NCBI GenBank assembly: GCA_964658305.1
Contig: OZ210885.1
Span: 20,150,001 to 20,214,000 of the forward strand
Length of the DNA: 64,000 nt
DNA from: Leptogorgia sarmentosa
Taxonomy: Eukaryota
Direction: 5' to 3'
Shown: piece after piece, positions 63,201-64,000 of the stretch
How positions within the stretch are numbered: position 1 is the first letter of the stretch
Layout: the number at the start of each line of letters is the position of its first letter
Made by a program: the position numbers and the translations under genes
The notes under the pieces: generated by a model
What the model was told of the DNA's origin: nothing
What the model saw: the letters and a program-made list of their open reading frames with translations, nothing else
Databases searched by the model: none

Positions 63201-63557
63201 ATACTCTCGAACAAGATCAAGATCTTCCAAATCATTAAAGTGTACAGAATAATCCACGGCTGTTGTACGATACTTTTTGGCTTTTACTTGACGAACTTCA
63301 TTAATTGTATAAAACTTTTCCGGTGTTCTAACTTCGTCATCTTCGGCTTTTCTTTTTTTCCCTCCATATTGTATATCGGTTTTGGGATCAGGTACATCCC
63401 AAATCCATGAGTCGTTCGTATCTCCCCATTCCCACTCAGCATTTTGCGGTTCTGTCATAACAATATCTTACTGTTCTTCGACATTTGTTTTCGGATCGGG
63501 TACATTCCAAATCCATGCGTCGTTTGTATCTTCCCACTGCCACTCATCACGCTCCAT
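60258..63557 (-). pseudogene. Protein-primed family B DNA polymerase (pPolB) with N-terminal TP/OTU-like region; frameshifts, deletion, one intron
   Basis: FFDYEC (ExoI), AHNFQGYD (ExoII), FIDSLNF, KGYFPH, YVDFTSLYP (A), KLMLNLFWG|KFGQ (B, intron 61003-60943), YYDTDS (C), GPKNY; DNLCLARAL and HYD in the N-terminal region. Confidence 0.95.
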
Positions 63558-63687
63558 ACTTATTGAATAAAAAACTTACTTTCACAGCATTCATATACTC
63601 ACATGAACAAAAACTCACAACATTTATATACTCACAAACCACAAGGTAAATAACCGCAAGTAAAAAACGCATGTAAAGAACTGTGAG

Positions 63688-63787
63688 TAAATAATCGCAC
63701 CCCCTTTTAATAAATAATCGCACCCCCTTTTAATAAATAATTGCACCCCCTTTTAATAAATAATCGCACCCCCTTTTAATAAATAAT
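63688..63787. repeat. 23-bp tandem array (TAAATAATCGCACCCCCTTTTAA)x4 upstream of pPolB
   Basis: Directly visible; its core is a variant reverse complement of the 14-bp array at 43978. Confidence 0.9.
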
Positions 63788-64000
63788 TACAAACAAACAA
63801 AAAACATTTTATATTTTTATTAAAAACATTTTATTTATTTATTTATTAAAAAAATTTTAGAATTAAAATTCGCTGTATTTTAAAAATACATAACTAAAAA
63901 TTTTCAATATCCAGTTCTCCGTATAATTCCTCATATGCCACTATTTCAGGTATTTCGGGTAAATCTTGTGTTAACTCTTTTACGAGTTGATCCAATTCAT

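Larger units (their letters stand above)
43156..64000. mobile_element. Polinton/Maverick (endogenous polintovirus), left end in window, right end beyond it
   Basis: Begins with the AGTAGT terminus inside a HECT exon; carries pPolB, RVE integrase, major and minor capsid proteins, adenain-like protease and packaging ATPase. Confidence 0.95.

Noticed and set aside
63894..64000. 3' end of a further minus-strand ORF (...ELDQLVKELTQDLPEIPEIVAYEELYGELDIENF*)
   Set aside because: Too short and cut by the window edge to assign.

Overview
AT-rich metazoan genomic DNA (probably cnidarian; inferred from the repeat families) made almost entirely of nested transposable elements, with no recognisable host gene. 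Left to right: a G-rich MITE (1811-2470); a decayed CR1/L2-type LINE on the minus strand with a 2A-like motif; a structurally complete MULE (6814-13614) with an open 8-exon, ~1206-aa CaRF-like/DDE/SWIM/Ulp1/PHD gene; and a BEL/Pao retrotransposon split by a 14-kb DNA transposon (15925-30052). That transposon has a RAG1/Transib-like transposase, CACTGTG/CACAGTG near its tips and a convergent chromodomain gene. It hosts a near-intact Kolobok element (THAP-DDE transposase plus KolX/P2X7-ballast-like gene), two CAC-ended MITEs and a 3.3-kb foldback that itself holds a mariner-type MITE. Next come a DUF3987-like pseudogene, a repeat block, and an integrase-like transposase/HECT ligase pair (IS3EU-like). 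A Polinton/Maverick endogenous virus starts at 43156 and runs off the window. It carries an intronless tRNA-Tyr(GUA) near its terminus, a collagen-repeat protein split by a Harbinger element, an integrase-chromodomain split by a Kolobok-type MITE, minor and major capsid proteins, a protease, a packaging ATPase and an intron-containing pPolB. All calls come from manual reading; no database searches were run.
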